NCBI GenBank assembly: GCA_024679065.1
Contig: JAGIQG010000016.1
Location: 13,516,001-13,580,000 of the forward strand
Direction: 5' to 3'
Length of the DNA: 64,000 nucleotides
DNA from: Sphyrna mokarran
Taxonomy: Eukaryota
Shown: piece by piece, positions 14,230 to 26,723 of the stretch
How positions within the stretch are numbered: position 1 is the first letter of the stretch
How the letters are laid out: every line of letters starts with the position of its first letter
Position numbers and translations under genes: made by a program
Notes under the pieces: model-generated
What the model was told of the DNA's origin: nothing
Databases searched by the model: none
The model's input: only the letters and a program-made list of their open reading frames with translations

Positions 14230-14365
14230 GCTGATATCATCTAATGATCACCACCACTCAGGCGAGAGGCAACGATGAAAAAGGAGGCCACAGACCCCAC
14301 AGGGGAAATGAACCCATGCTGCTACGTTGTTACAAATCGCCAGCCAGCAGAGTTTAACAGACCTC
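14230..14365 (-). mobile_element. tRNA-derived SINE fragment
   Basis: 'ggaaatgaacccatgctg..cagccagcagagtttaacagacc' is a B-box/A-box-like head on the minus strand. Confidence 0.5.
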
Positions 14366-15204
14366 CAATCGAATAGTTCTCAATTTCCAAAAAAAAAAAA
14401 ATCTTCAGGAACGCTCAGTTTGATTTGTACCAGACGTTCAGAGCATTGCCTTCAACTATGGGTCCAACTATGGAAGTATGATAAATCGAGGCTTAATGTG
14501 GGATCGACTACTATAGTCGTCTCCTAGAATTGCAACAAATTTTTCATCAAGTAACCGGAAATAGATGAACTTAAAGTGAATTAGCCAAAAATTGATCCTT
14601 ATTTTGTATCAAGATTATCACTGTGATAATTGGAAGACAGTAATATCAGTCTTATCACCAAATTGTAGAAGTTACATTTAGTATCAATCGTTGTTGAGAT
14701 TGTTCAGATATTTCATAAATATATCGCAGTGCAACAAGTTTTCGAGGAGTGGAAATATTTTGTAGTCATTGCACAGAGTTCTAAAGTGATCAGAATTTAT
14801 TTGATGTAGCATTACGCGTGCTGTACGGAACAGAACGTCATTTCACTCAATGCTGTAATCAAAAGTGGCAATAGCTATTTTCTGAACACAGATTTTAGGG
14901 AATGACATTCGTCACAAAAAGAAACAAAACTCCATCTGTCAATGGAGTTAAATTATATTGTCGTTATCAAATCGCCGACCAAAAACATCGGGAATTTAAT
15001 ATAGACTGGAAAAATCATTGGGCATAAATTAGATTGGTACAGTCCCGCGATATTGTAATGTTCAATGCCAAAAAACACTCTCGCCAAATTTTCAAACAAA
15101 AACGTTCCACTGAGATAGAAAACATACTTTCATAGTTTCATACACTGCAGCTGAGTTTTCTGAGGGCTGGAGAGTAGACAAAGCTGTTCGCTTGTTAGAG
15201 AAAG

Positions 15205-16605
15205 GAAGCAGAAATAATCAAATAAATCTTTGGCTGGTGTGCCTGACGTCAGTGCTGGAGAAGCTTCTGGAGAAATAACAAGGGACAGGAAATCTGCGTA
15301 TTTTGTAAGAAAATGGACGAGATAGTGACAAGTAGCACGGTTTTCTACGGGGAAGGTCATTTTACAAGTTCGCAATTGTCTTTTCTGAAGAGTAACAATG
15401 GTAATTGATGAGGGAATGCCTACACATGTAGTTTATGTGGACCTTGGAAAGGCATTTGACAAGATCCCATATGGTAGACTGACCCACAAATAAAATATCA
15501 TGGGATTTGGGGGGTTTATCATTTTGAATATAGGATTGATTTGGTTTCAGCAAAAAGTAGCGTTGCAAATATATTTCTTGGAATGAAGCTCAGTAGCTCA
15601 TTATGTTCCAAAGGGATCAGTGTTAGGATCTATGTTGTTAGTCGTATATATAAATGATTTTGATGAAAATGTAGGGTGTCTGTTGATGAGGTTTGACACA
15701 AAGATTGGTGGATTTGCTGATAACGCCAGGCATTGTCAAAGTATACAAAATGAGATAGGCAAAGTAGACACTTGGACAAAAAATGCAAGATGGAGTTTGA
15801 TTCGAACAAATGCAAGGTGATGCGTTTTAGAGGATCAAATTTAAGTGTTAATCACGCTGTAATTGACAGAATCTTTAGAAATGTTAACGTTGAGAATTAT
15901 TTGGGCCTGCAGATCAAATATTCGCCCAATGTGACAAAACAGATGCTTAGGTGATTAAGAAAACACACAGCATGCCAGCCTTCATTCTCCAGGACATTGA
16001 ATACAGAAGTTGGGAAAATGTTGCAGATATACAAAACCTAGCAATGATAATATTTGGAACATTACGTGTAATTCTGGTCATCACACAAGTGGAAGGACGT
16101 GTACGTTTTGAAAAGAGTGCAAAGAAGATTCACGAGGTTGTTACCAGGTTTAGAGGTTGATGGTTGTGAGGAGATGTTGAATAAATTAGGATTGTATTCG
16201 TTGGAGAGAATGAGGCTGAGGGGAACCTGCAAAAGTTTTTACATATTCTGATATATATAGGCAGAATGGATAGTCAGTGGCTTTGTCCTCGGGTGAAACT
16301 GTCAATTATAGGAAGAGCCATATTTCAGTATGAGGGGGAGGAAAATTCAGGGTGTACGGGGGAAGCTATTCCACGCAGAATGTTGTGGCAACTTGGAACG
16401 CGCTGCGAGAGAAGGTGGTCGAAACAGGCACTTTAGCAACATTTAAAAGTCATACGGGCGGGTGCATGAATAATGAAGGTATAGAGGAATATGGATCAAG
16501 CAAAGACATCATTTTTTTTAGTTTAGTTGAGGCATTCTGATCGGGGCAGGCTCGAAGGGTCAAAGGCCCAGTTCTTGTGCTATTCTTTTGTTTTGTTTTT
16601 CGTGG
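15205..16605 (+). mobile_element. 5'-truncated decayed CR1 LINE
   Basis: Fragments 'LTSVLEKLL', 'MLLVVYINDFDE' and 'NVVATWNAL', with a T-rich tail at ~16580-16600. Confidence 0.9.
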
Positions 16606-17847
16606 TCTTTGTTGAAGTACCATCCCCAACACCCTTGGGGCACAGAAATAATGTAAATTAATCTCAAAGCACAAGACTGTCGAAATTATCGGATCGTTGC
16701 CCTGTGAATGCACCGCAATATTGCCGCCCACCGAGAAATGGTACGTTGCATCCATATTCGCTCAAGCCACAACAGTAAAATTTTCACTGCTTTCACTGAG
16801 GAATATCGTATGGTTCAGTCGAAACACACTCTGGAGGCTCAGTCTCGTTCCTTCGGCGTACTTTTCTCAAAGTTGGAAAACGTGTAGTTCGTTCGTGGAA
16901 GAAATCTTTTGGACTTGATCGCTCCAATCTCATCCGAATGTCCCTCAAATCCAGATGAACTGACATAATTACTCAGTTACTGTTGCTGCGTGGCAATTAT
17001 GGAAATCCCATTCAATTAACACAAAAATAACAACACATTTAACGTGTTGTTGTATATGCTCAGATACAGAGATCAATTAGAAATCGTCCAAATTTCCGTT
17101 TTTCGATTGCAGTTAAGCTTACTTATCAGTAGCCTATAAAAAACATATTAAAGACCTAAAAATATAGTTCATTGAACCACGGAACGTCCTGCGCATGGCT
17201 GCGAATCCGAGGCTTCCGCCGGATCTGTTGTTTGCATCTCTAAAAACGGTCAGTTAATATTGTTCAAAGTTGCAGGGACTGATTACTTGCTAGTGGGAAA
17301 AAAAACTTCGGGGATTCACAACTGACCACGGTTGCCTCTTGTGAATATTGTTAACTTGAGACAGACATGAAAAACAGCCATAGATCAACTGTCTGCATCG
17401 CAAAACAGTGGCTTCCTCTATCCCCACTCAGTTGATCAATAGCGTCCTTAAATAATGTAGCATTTCAAGTTCAACAGGCGTCGGAAAGGACTCAAGAGAT
17501 GAACTTCAACTGTGCAATCTTCGAGCAGTCTCAGTCCACTTAGAATATTTGTTTAAAGTGCCTCTCAACTATGGTAATGGAAAGAATAACACATACGTTT
17601 GAAATTAACGCATTGCAGTGGGGTTTAATCGTTGGATAAATTCACGGAGTAGGAGACGTTAAGAGGCAGCTCGGTATTTTGATAAGAAAACAATTCCCCA
17701 AAATAGCAAATTTGAGTTCAATAATCATCCCCGTTCATATATTCTTTAATGTAATAATCTAAGTTTACGCTTTGCGAGTTCGCCTATGACGTTATTAATT
17801 TGACACTGAAAACATGGATTTCTCAGACACGTGTTGCTTTTTTTTAG

Positions 17848-17874
17848 AATGTGACAATGTTAAGAAAACGCTCA
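17848..17874 (+). CDS. Microexon type A, 27 nt, phase 1-1: (x)CDNVKKTL
   Basis: gcttttttttag|AATGTGACAATGTTAAGAAAACGCTCA|gtaagt. Confidence 0.75.
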
Positions 17875-18587
17875 GTAAGTATTATAACACACTGCCCTCT
17901 CTGGAATTACCTGCCGCAGGCATTTCCTTTTCAAGACAGCTTGTCTAGACGGTAGGGAATAACGTTTGATAGTCTTAAATGACGGGTCTTGAACCTAAAC
18001 ATGGAATTCCGGTTTTGAAAGCGTTAGATATATCTGTATTGCCAAATTATCTTTTTTAAACCTTTGGCATTCAAGCAAAACTATATCTAGAAACATGAAT
18101 TAGATAAGGGAGATCCGTGACGATTAGTGCAGACATAACGAAGCAAATGACCTTCCTATATCGCGTATGATTCCATGAAGTAGTGTAATCTGATCGTTAA
18201 AACGATCATATGGTTTCATTACCTTGACAGAATGTTATTAATGCACATAGCTCGTTCTCATTTTTTTCGCTATGTATTTCGTATATATACTTTGACTTGT
18301 ACGCAGTTTTGCTGAAGATGTAGTTTCCACGACAATTATATTGTCCGCATTTAATTATTAATTTGCAAAATGTAGCTGTTGAATATCATGTTCAGCATTG
18401 GCTTCAGCTTCCATTCCTAAATGTCATATGTAGATGCGTCTTAAAATTCGCTGTGCATCTCAGTTCACACCGGATCAGAACGACACTCAAAGGTTTTAGC
18501 ATTGTTTAGTAGTGTTATGGCGTAATCGCACCAAACATTTCCATTGGCTCAATATCTAACCATGAATCCCACTTCCTGCTACGGCAG

Positions 18588-18614
18588 AAATTGATCAGGA
18601 CAAAAATTACTCAG
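18588..18614 (+). CDS. Microexon type B, 27 nt, phase 1-1: (K)IDQDKNYS
   Basis: cttcctgctacggcag|AAATTGATCAGGACAAAAATTACTCAG|gtgata; similar to 45659-45685. Confidence 0.6.
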
Positions 18615-19397
18615 GTGATATACATTGAAAGTTCTAGTACGTATACTTATTTCAGAAACGTCTGGTGGACCTGGACACATTGACAACAGTAATAGTTCAA
18701 GACATTCCCTGTTTCACTGAGTGTTAGATATCTTTGTGCTCACAAGAACAAATACGGAAACGTTGAAGACGCATATGAGTTATCAGTACCGATTTCCGAT
18801 TGTGATGAAGTGCAACTTAATGAGAGATAATTTCTTATGGATAAGATGAAAAATACACATTTTGTTTTGATACCGAGTACGGCAAATGTGAAAGAATAAT
18901 GCACAACATTTCGAAATAAATTGCAGTTTTACGGAACAGAGCAATTTTCAGAAAACAGCATGGAAACATCGCACCTATCAACTTCCATGTTAAGAAAGAA
19001 AAGTCATAAAGAAAGAATCTTTCAGTGTGATTGGGCGGTTTGTGACTTTGGATGAGTAGCTGAACGTGTTTGTCTTTGCAGAAGTGTTGTTGAAAGTGAA
19101 TGAAAAAACAGAGCTTAGTCGCATAGCACAGTCTCACACGAAGTATAGCATAATAGAAAAGAACAAAGATTCATTAGCAATATGAAGAAGGCATGTTTGC
19201 AAAGCATAATGTATATCTATTTAGAAGGATCGACGGAGGACACTTTCTGCGCATAAACTCTAGCATAAACCAATTGGACAGAAAAAAATATGATTTTATC
19301 TATATCATATCTATTAATACACAATCGCAGAGGCATACGTTCCTGAATATCTATATTTGAATTTTATTTACAATATTATAGAATATTTTTCTCTCAA

Positions 19398-19431
19398 ATG
19401 TGAAACGTTTAAAAAAATGGTGAAAGTTGCG
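19398..19431 (+). pseudogene. Probable dead type C microexon (DVKRLKK.VKV-like)
   Basis: tttttctctcaa|ATGTGAAACGTTTAAAAAAATGGTGAAAGTTGC: the acceptor reads CAA and the A-run is frameshifted. It lies ~780 nt after a type B exon, as intact type C exons do. Confidence 0.35.
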
Positions 19432-21735
19432 TTGTTTTTTACATTAATTCATGTGATATCGCAATCTCTGTCTGGGCCAGCAGACATGTCTAGGATCCGC
19501 TTGTCGTTGCTTCTGATTTAAAGTGCATTATTTAAATTAAAAAAAAACAAAATGGTATGGATCGTGAGTCAGATCTCGACAAGAACATGTAGGATGGCAT
19601 GAATGATTCAACACACGACGCCATTGAACCTATGGATATTTATGAAAATTCACAATTGTTTCGTGGGTATTTACATAACTGTTGCACCAGAGTTTTGATC
19701 AGTTCAAGTTTCACCATTTCCTATGAAGGGATTCAAATCCTTAAATACTGCCCACCCACCGCTAGCACAAGCCACCCCCCCCCCCCCCCACCTCCCACAA
19801 CCACTCCCTCAACCTGCTTCGCCAGGCAACATTGACACAAAATTATTTATATCTATAATTTAATGCACTTGGGCTGTTATTTTGTGTAAAAAAAAACTTA
19901 ATGCCTGCAGTTATAAATTGGAATGATAAAGAAATCAAAATTTGCATAAATTTGTGCCGGCATTCCCATCAACCTTCACATCAAATATCCATTCACATCG
20001 ATGTGTCCATTTCTGCCCATATTTCGCACTATTGTATTTTGTAAATTCGTTTCTGCAACAGCCTGCTCTATTGAATAACACACGTTTGAACAATTAAAAT
20101 CAAATCAGATTTTTGGAAAGAACTGGTGGAATAGTGTAAGCCAATGCATTCAGTCAATAAAGCTTTTGTTTGTTTATTATGTGACATTTCTTCGAGGATG
20201 CTTAAATACAATGAACGACGTCATCTGCATGAAAAGAATTGTTGCCTAATTTCATTACAGCAAAACACATATTTGCTCAGTCAGGAAAGGCCAATCCTAT
20301 TCAGCAGCTTCTGAAACGTGCAAATAACGCAATAGACATACGTAACCAGTATTTCAAGCATCACTACCAATTTGGCAAAAAAAAGCCGTCAATGCGAGTT
20401 GGTTAAACATGTGGCATCCTTGTTTTGCTAGATGTGAGATTCAGTAAATTGTTAGTCGTCACGTTATTGCATTGCATGCGGAAAAAAAATCTAAGATTCC
20501 TACCAGACCTCCCTCTAATACCGCCTGTCATCCAAATAAAGATCAATTTGCCAGCATCCAGGAAGAATCCGACGAACGCACATATAAGAGATCGATAGAC
20601 TCGAACTCACCAATCAATCTGCAGATTGATGAAAATGACATAATTACACTTCGCCTTGCACATTCATTCTGTGGTGCACTTACACCTGTAGAAAAGTGTA
20701 ACTGGAGCCCTACATTTTTACTGCCGAACTGAAATAATGTGGTATCTATAATATACCAGCCAAACCAGCACCCAAACTGAGTAGCATTATTACCCAGCTA
20801 CTCAACCAAATCTTAATTTGCCAGGGATGATTTGACCACTTGGATATCTCCAGAACAATAACTGAAACTCGCGCTCCACAAGCCAGTAATATGATGAAAG
20901 GCGTATCCCATAGACCTCACCAACACACTGCAAGTGGATCTGAAGAACAAAAATGTAACCGTCAATTTATTATTGTAGTTATATTGCGCGTTTGAGAAGA
21001 TTTGCAAAATCATTAAAAAGTATCAATTTTTCAGAAAGAAATATGCCTCTGTTTTCCAGCTCCAAATCCCAAGAATTTAAAGTAAATGAAATACCTGTAG
21101 AACTGAAACTTGTCATCCAGTCAATGGACAGTCCACTGGCTTTCCGAAACAACATCACATTCAGCAATTCCGACCAGCCCTATCTTTGCAAAGTTGCACA
21201 TTTGTTTGGGCTGAACCACAGAAGGTATGTATCTTGGCTTCTTAAGTGACAATTTAGCATGACCAAAGCAAATAACATGTTCATCTTTGCACTGTGGGCG
21301 GAAAACAGAGCAGCTCTAAGACAGCACTAATTGCATCGTGAACTTGCAAGTACATGTAAAAGTACACACCAAAGGCCACAATCCAATCGGAGTTCCTAAC
21401 ATTTTGATGCAGCCGTCTCCTCTGCCGCCGCTGTATGCACGATGTTTTATTATCTACCTTTGCATAGAACCACAACACAAGCAGACCAGAATACCGAGTC
21501 AACCAATCAGCCACTCTCCAGACCAGCAACATCTGTCCACGTTCCTTTCTGGAATTTCCACCCTGCACCCGAGTTACTATCTACCAATTTAACCAATATG
21601 AAAAATGACACATCTACCGACGGAAATACCCAAGAGCCAGAAATAATTTTCCAGCTGCCATCCCGTCGACACTAATCCATTATACACCTACTATCACAAC
21701 TCCCATCTAACTATGCTCCCAGCCCTAAATGCCAA

Positions 21736-21897
21736 ATTTAATTACTCTCCCGATTTATCATGGTTTGAGCTGAAACAGTCTTCGTGTGATTTTGTATTGA
21801 ACGTTTGGACAATGTGACCAGAAACCTTGTTGCAAGGCGAGAGCGAGTCTCTACGTAATTTTCATTTAGTTTTTCGATAAGATTTTTCATTAACAAT
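21736..21897 (+). repeat. Left arm of a 162-bp inverted repeat
   Basis: Reverse complement of 23592-23753, with about 7 mismatches counted by eye. Confidence 0.95.
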
Positions 21898-22245
21898 TCA
21901 AGTAACTAACCAGAAACCTATCAGTACAGTGCACCAAATACTCTCATTCCTCCAAATATGCCCAGAATATATTGAGCAAGCAACATCAACACACGGCAAC
22001 GACAAAGGGAGTCAGAGAACCAACTTCACACATGCTGTTGTCAAATTCAATACTCAGTCGCCAGGCACATTACAACAGCGGCAGTGCTGACCTCGAAACT
22101 TCGTCGATTCTCTATTTTGTTGCATTTCTTCACATTATTTCCAATCGGTCACAAAGGCACAGCATAGCTCTTTCCGTGGAGTTCTGCATCAGAGTGGATT
22201 GGAAACGGTGAAACAACGCGTGCTTCTGATTTTGTGTGTCAATAG

Positions 22246-22272
22246 CCGAGATGCGACAAATAAAAGAGACAG
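22246..22272 (+). CDS. Microexon type B, 27 nt, phase 1-1: (A)EMRQIKET
   Basis: ttctgattttgtgtgtcaatag|CCGAGATGCGACAAATAAAAGAGACAG|gtttta; the donor is weak. Confidence 0.55.
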
Positions 22273-22274
22273 GT

Positions 22275-22860
22275 TTTAATTGTTATTGTATTGATGACTG
22301 GACGAATGTTTACTGAGATATTTTGTGAGTAAGAGTGAGTGAATAGTCATGTCGTCTGGTATAGTAGAGCACAGTCTGTGGCTATATAGCTGGGTAATCT
22401 TGACAAGTGAATCGTAAATGAATCTTCAAGTGCCTGCCTGGAGGACAGGTTGGTTATTTTACATGGCATGAATTAGCTGTATAAGTTATGAATTTGAAAT
22501 TGTGCGTGAGCTCGGGGAAGAGGATACGTCGAGCTGTGCGTGTGGCGTGTAAGCTCGATGAGGTGTATATATGAGTGATCTGATGTTAAGTTTCGTCAGT
22601 GATTATGTTGATTGATGTGTGGTTTGGTAGTTGAACCAATTGGAGACATGCGATTGAGATACATAGAGAACGATTTAGGGTGATTTGGTTATTGGCTGGA
22701 AGGCTCATTGGCAAGGTTGGAGAGCGGTAAAGTGTGTCATTGTTTCCTTGCCATTTTTTTAAAGGGGGTAAATTGCTTGTCCATCGTGGGTCCAGAATGA
22801 TAGTTTCATTTATAGGAATTGATTGGGATTGGTTGTCTGATCAGATGGATTATGTTTGCT
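22275..22860 (-). repeat. Old unclassified AC/GT-skewed interspersed repeat
   Basis: Similar segments occur at ~21440-21990 (+), 34200-34720 (-), 37600-37780 (+), 43100-43330 (+) and 20740-20810 (+). Confidence 0.5.
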
Positions 22861-23591
22861 TCAGATTGACCCAGAGTCATATGACATAGACGGAAGTAAT
22901 CCAGCTCATCATGTCAACGCAAATTACCTCCAATATCTATCAGCAGATTCACAAAATCAACTGATTAACCCATGATCATCAATACGTTCTCTTTTCAATT
23001 GTCTGCTCACATGTTATCGTTCAAGTTTCTTCCTTAGAATTCAAGATGAGACATTCGGGTCAGGAAGCCACTTCATCCTAAAAATAACGTAATTATTTTT
23101 CCATTCCTAAATTGTCAATTAGCTGACAATTTATTCAAAACTCTGGGTAAAATATCCCTTCACCACTTAACAACATTTCCTTCTCCCACATTTGTTGAAC
23201 TGCCTGTTCACTAATAAAATGTTAATGTGCCTTGCTATTGAAGAAAATCTCAAACTGGGATGATGTTGAAAACATTTCAGTTAACGACACGTATATCGTC
23301 AATGGACGAAACTGTTCTTCGTTGGTCTTTTTTTTAAATGAAGCTTCTATGATCCATGTATTCAACAAACTCCTCAGTTTTCAATTTGCCATGTAATCCT
23401 TAACAGAAGAGAAGCTAAAAGCAAAAACAAAAGGTAACGATTCGCCAAACATTTCTTCGAAACCACAGTTTGTTAATGCATAACTTCGATTTTTTTGTTT
23501 GTTTTTCTGTTGTTGATAATTATTCCACGGGTTATTTAATGGTATTGATGTTGCAGAGACCATTCAACTTGCGATGGCACTGACAATAGAG

Positions 23592-23753
23592 ATTGTTAAT
23601 GAAAAATCTTATCGAAAAACTATTTGAAAATTACGTAGAGACTCGCTCTCGCCTTGCAACAAGGTTTCTGGTCATATTGTCCGAACGTTCAGTACAAAAT
23701 CACACGAAGACTGTTTCAGCTCAAATCATGAGAAATCGGGAGAGTAATTAAAT
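23592..23753 (-). repeat. Right arm of the 162-bp inverted repeat
   Basis: Reverse complement of 21736-21897. Confidence 0.95.
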
Positions 23754-24260
23754 GAAAGTTACATAGTTGGAGCAATTCAACAACAAAACAAACCAAATTA
23801 GTCCATTAATACACTGCACGGAAATATAACTCTGGTAAATTAGTTATGCGGGTATTGTGATTTCAGATTAGCCGAAATTGCATGGCCATCCCAACCTCAA
23901 GACTCATATTTCTGAATGTTTACTGACGTCGCCACGGATACCAACACTCCATCAGTTAACGTTGATTCTGCAAAACAGGATAAAGATTAAAATGGATTAT
24001 TCAAGGCCAATTGAGCAACTGATTTTTCGGATGGAATTGTAATGCGTGAACACTAATATATTGCGTTGATTGCATGAGATTAATAAAGCTTCATTGTGTG
24101 CATACAGCACGCGATGTTACTTGTTGGCCAAATGCGTTTTCCAATTTATATCCTCTGGAAATTCTGCTTAAACGAGCTAAACTAAACACGACTCAAAGGA
24201 TCACAAAGTAGAACATATTCAATTGATACCATGATGTTGAATTGAACTCAATGGTATGTG

Positions 24261-24262
<2 letters not shown>

Positions 24263-24291
<29 letters not shown>
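24263..24291. repeat. (AAT)n microsatellite
   Basis: Read directly from the sequence. Confidence 0.95.
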
Positions 24292-24486
24292 ACCACCAAC
24301 AAGAGGCGATGGAGGAGCACCTGCATCTGCATCATTTTTTTTTTTCATCATCGACTCGACAGTGGTCTAACTCAGTATGGTGCGTAGACAAATGCATGTA
24401 TATTCCTTAGCATGGATTCAGAAAATGTATATCACACGTCGATGAAACCTGGATATTTTTACTGAAGTCTGCACATTATCCTTCAG

Positions 24487-24513
24487 AGAGCGACAAAATT
24501 TGAACACACCGCG
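24487..24513 (+). pseudogene. Dead type A microexon (ESDKI*THR)
   Basis: ccttcag|AGAGCGACAAAATTTGAACACACCGCG|atgaat is 27 nt, with an in-frame TGA and donor GT>AT; it resembles 38558-38584. Confidence 0.5.
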
Positions 24514-25727
24514 ATGAATCAAGGAGTTGTTTAGCTCGACTTAGGTCTCCAATGAGGTATCTGCATTTTGCTGCCAAATGCAATATACTGGCTTCAATTC
24601 AGAATTTCAACTGCAAGTTTCATAATGTTTAACATATATTTACGATATTTACCCATCAATGTGAAAGATATTCTTAAGTATGCTATGTCCATTAAATTAG
24701 AATTGGTTAACGAAACCATGGATCTGTTCACTATCATCTGAATAATGTCTTCACCTTCACTGACAGAGGCATCAAACAACACTTAATCAAAATGATATGC
24801 TTCATCTTTCAACAGTTTGTATTCTGCCCATGCGAAGCAACACGAGACCGCCTTTTATCTAGTTCAGCTGTGAAAAAGATAATGAGTTAAGAGTCGAGGT
24901 ATGAGTGCCTTTCTTTGCCATCAAGTAGACTTAAAATAATGTCACACAAAGCAACTCAGGAAGAATTTAATCTAAATGAATCATAAGGGGCGTTGCATAA
25001 TTTTCGGCTTCATAAGGGCAATCAAAATTTTAATAGGGGTTTCCTAGATCAGTGTATTTTGTGAATTATATAAGCTGCATTGCAAATAACCTGCAAGATC
25101 AATCAAATTCCTCCAATATTAAGGAATCCGTGTTTCCTCTAATTGGATCCAGTCAGCGTTCAGTCTATTCTTTCACAGTCACAAGTTGCATTATTGGAAA
25201 AGACAGCTGTATGAAAATTACTTTTCCACAATTATGGTAATAACTCATCTATAGTGGAAGTTGAGTGAGAATTTGTTTCCGACCTCAGCCGCTGTCAATA
25301 TCGTGGAAAAAAATGTTTAATATTGTCGCAACAGGACAATATAAAAAATGTAGCTGCTACTTTAACTCCTAAATCCCTCCACGACCAAAACAAAAACTTT
25401 CGTGGACTAATCCAGAAACTTTCATTCATCACAAGTCAAAAGCGTGAAGAAGATCTTCCAATTTTCCATTCTGGATATTTCACAATGTTCCAAAACATAC
25501 TCACAACCTAGAGCAGATGATTCGAAAAAAAAACAACTCGACCTATTTTTTATTCAGAAGCGTCAGCACAAGAAACATCTCTGTCAAGTTCCTTTGAAAC
25601 TATACGTTGAAGTTATGAATTCAAGATATATAAAGAGAAAGCACACCAGGCCATTAGTTCAACCAAAACACTCCAAAGAACTGACCTGCGAACATCATTC
25701 ATCCCAAATGTTCCGCAACTATCTAAC

Positions 25728-26190
25728 TTGATTTGATTTGATTTGATTTGATTTCTTATTCGCACATGCAGTAGTATAGAATGAAATGTATTCTTTCTTG
25801 CATGTTATACAGGCAAAGCATGTCGTTCGAAGAGAATGAATGGAAGTGCGCAGAATATAGTGTTGCAGTCATGGCTATGGTGTAGAGAGAAAAAAAAAAG
25901 AACACTAACAGGTCGGATAATGTAGGCTGATGACAGCAGGGAACAAGCTGTTGTTGAGTTAGTTGGTACCTTACCTCATTTTTTATATTCTTTTTCGACG
26001 GAGAAGGCGGGAAAAAGTATGCCCTGGATATTCGGGCACCTTACTGGATACTTGGCGGATGCAGTGCGAAGTCCCGACTCAATCAATGGATCGCTGGTTA
26101 GATTGCGTGATGTGCTAGAATTCATTTATGAGACTTTGTAGTTTCTTGCGGTCATGAGCAGGGCAGTAACCATGCCAAGCTTTGATACAG
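25728..26190 (-). mobile_element. Rex1/Babar-like LINE 3' fragment with a (TTTGA)n tail
   Basis: Similar to 46830-47250 ('cagcagggaacaagctgttgttgagt..', 'caatggat..'). Confidence 0.7.
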
Positions 26191-26696
26191 AATCCGTTCC
26201 GTGGTGCTGCGAGGCAGAAGTACTTAGGACGTTGTCAACTGTTGTGACTGACTCCAGCCACTGTCATAAAAACGCCGAACGTGCCCAGTGATAACTTCGT
26301 TCCGTTCTCACGAACGTCCAATTTGAAAAGCTGGGCTGCACTTGTTCGGAAGCTGACAGCAGTGCACCAAACATCCAAAGCAGTGGCAGTTCTGGAACAT
26401 TCAAAAAATGCATCTCTACATGATAGGAACGGAAACGACAACCTAATTTTGGAAATCTCCTCCATCACATTATTAATTGTAAGGGAATTTAGTTCAATAT
26501 GGTGTTAAGCTCCCATTAAGGTACGCAATGCATTTTGATAAATGAATTCCAAAATAAAATCCAGAAATTTTGCAAAACAAAACTATTCTAATAACATTTA
26601 ACGAAACAAAATATATTCATCTGTGCAAATTCGCTGAAATATGTAACGAATTTTCAAGTCACAACTTGGCTCCTATAACATTTGTTTAATTTTTAG

Positions 26697-26723
26697 AGTA
26701 CAATGAACTTCAGATGAAATGCG
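26697..26723 (+). CDS. Microexon type A, 27 nt, phase 1-1: (E)YNELQMKC
   Basis: tttgtttaatttttag|AGTACAATGAACTTCAGATGAAATGCG|gtaagt. Confidence 0.85.

Noticed and set aside
17192-17248. ATG-initiated MAANPRLPPDLLFASLKT followed by gtcagt as a possible first exon
   Set aside because: The phase-0 donor is incompatible with the phase-1 array, there is no supporting homology, and dead array exons lie upstream.
20109-20135. 27-nt ag..gtaagc segment (DFWKELVE*)
   Set aside because: It has an in-frame stop and no pyrimidine tract; it might be a dead copy but support is too weak.
20685-20940. Hydrophobic minus-strand reading resembling a transmembrane exon
   Set aside because: Multiple stops, wrong strand for the array, and overlap with the GT-skewed repeat.
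23038-23058. 21-nt phase-1 candidate (EFKMRHS)
   Set aside because: Weak donor and no paralog; left unassigned.
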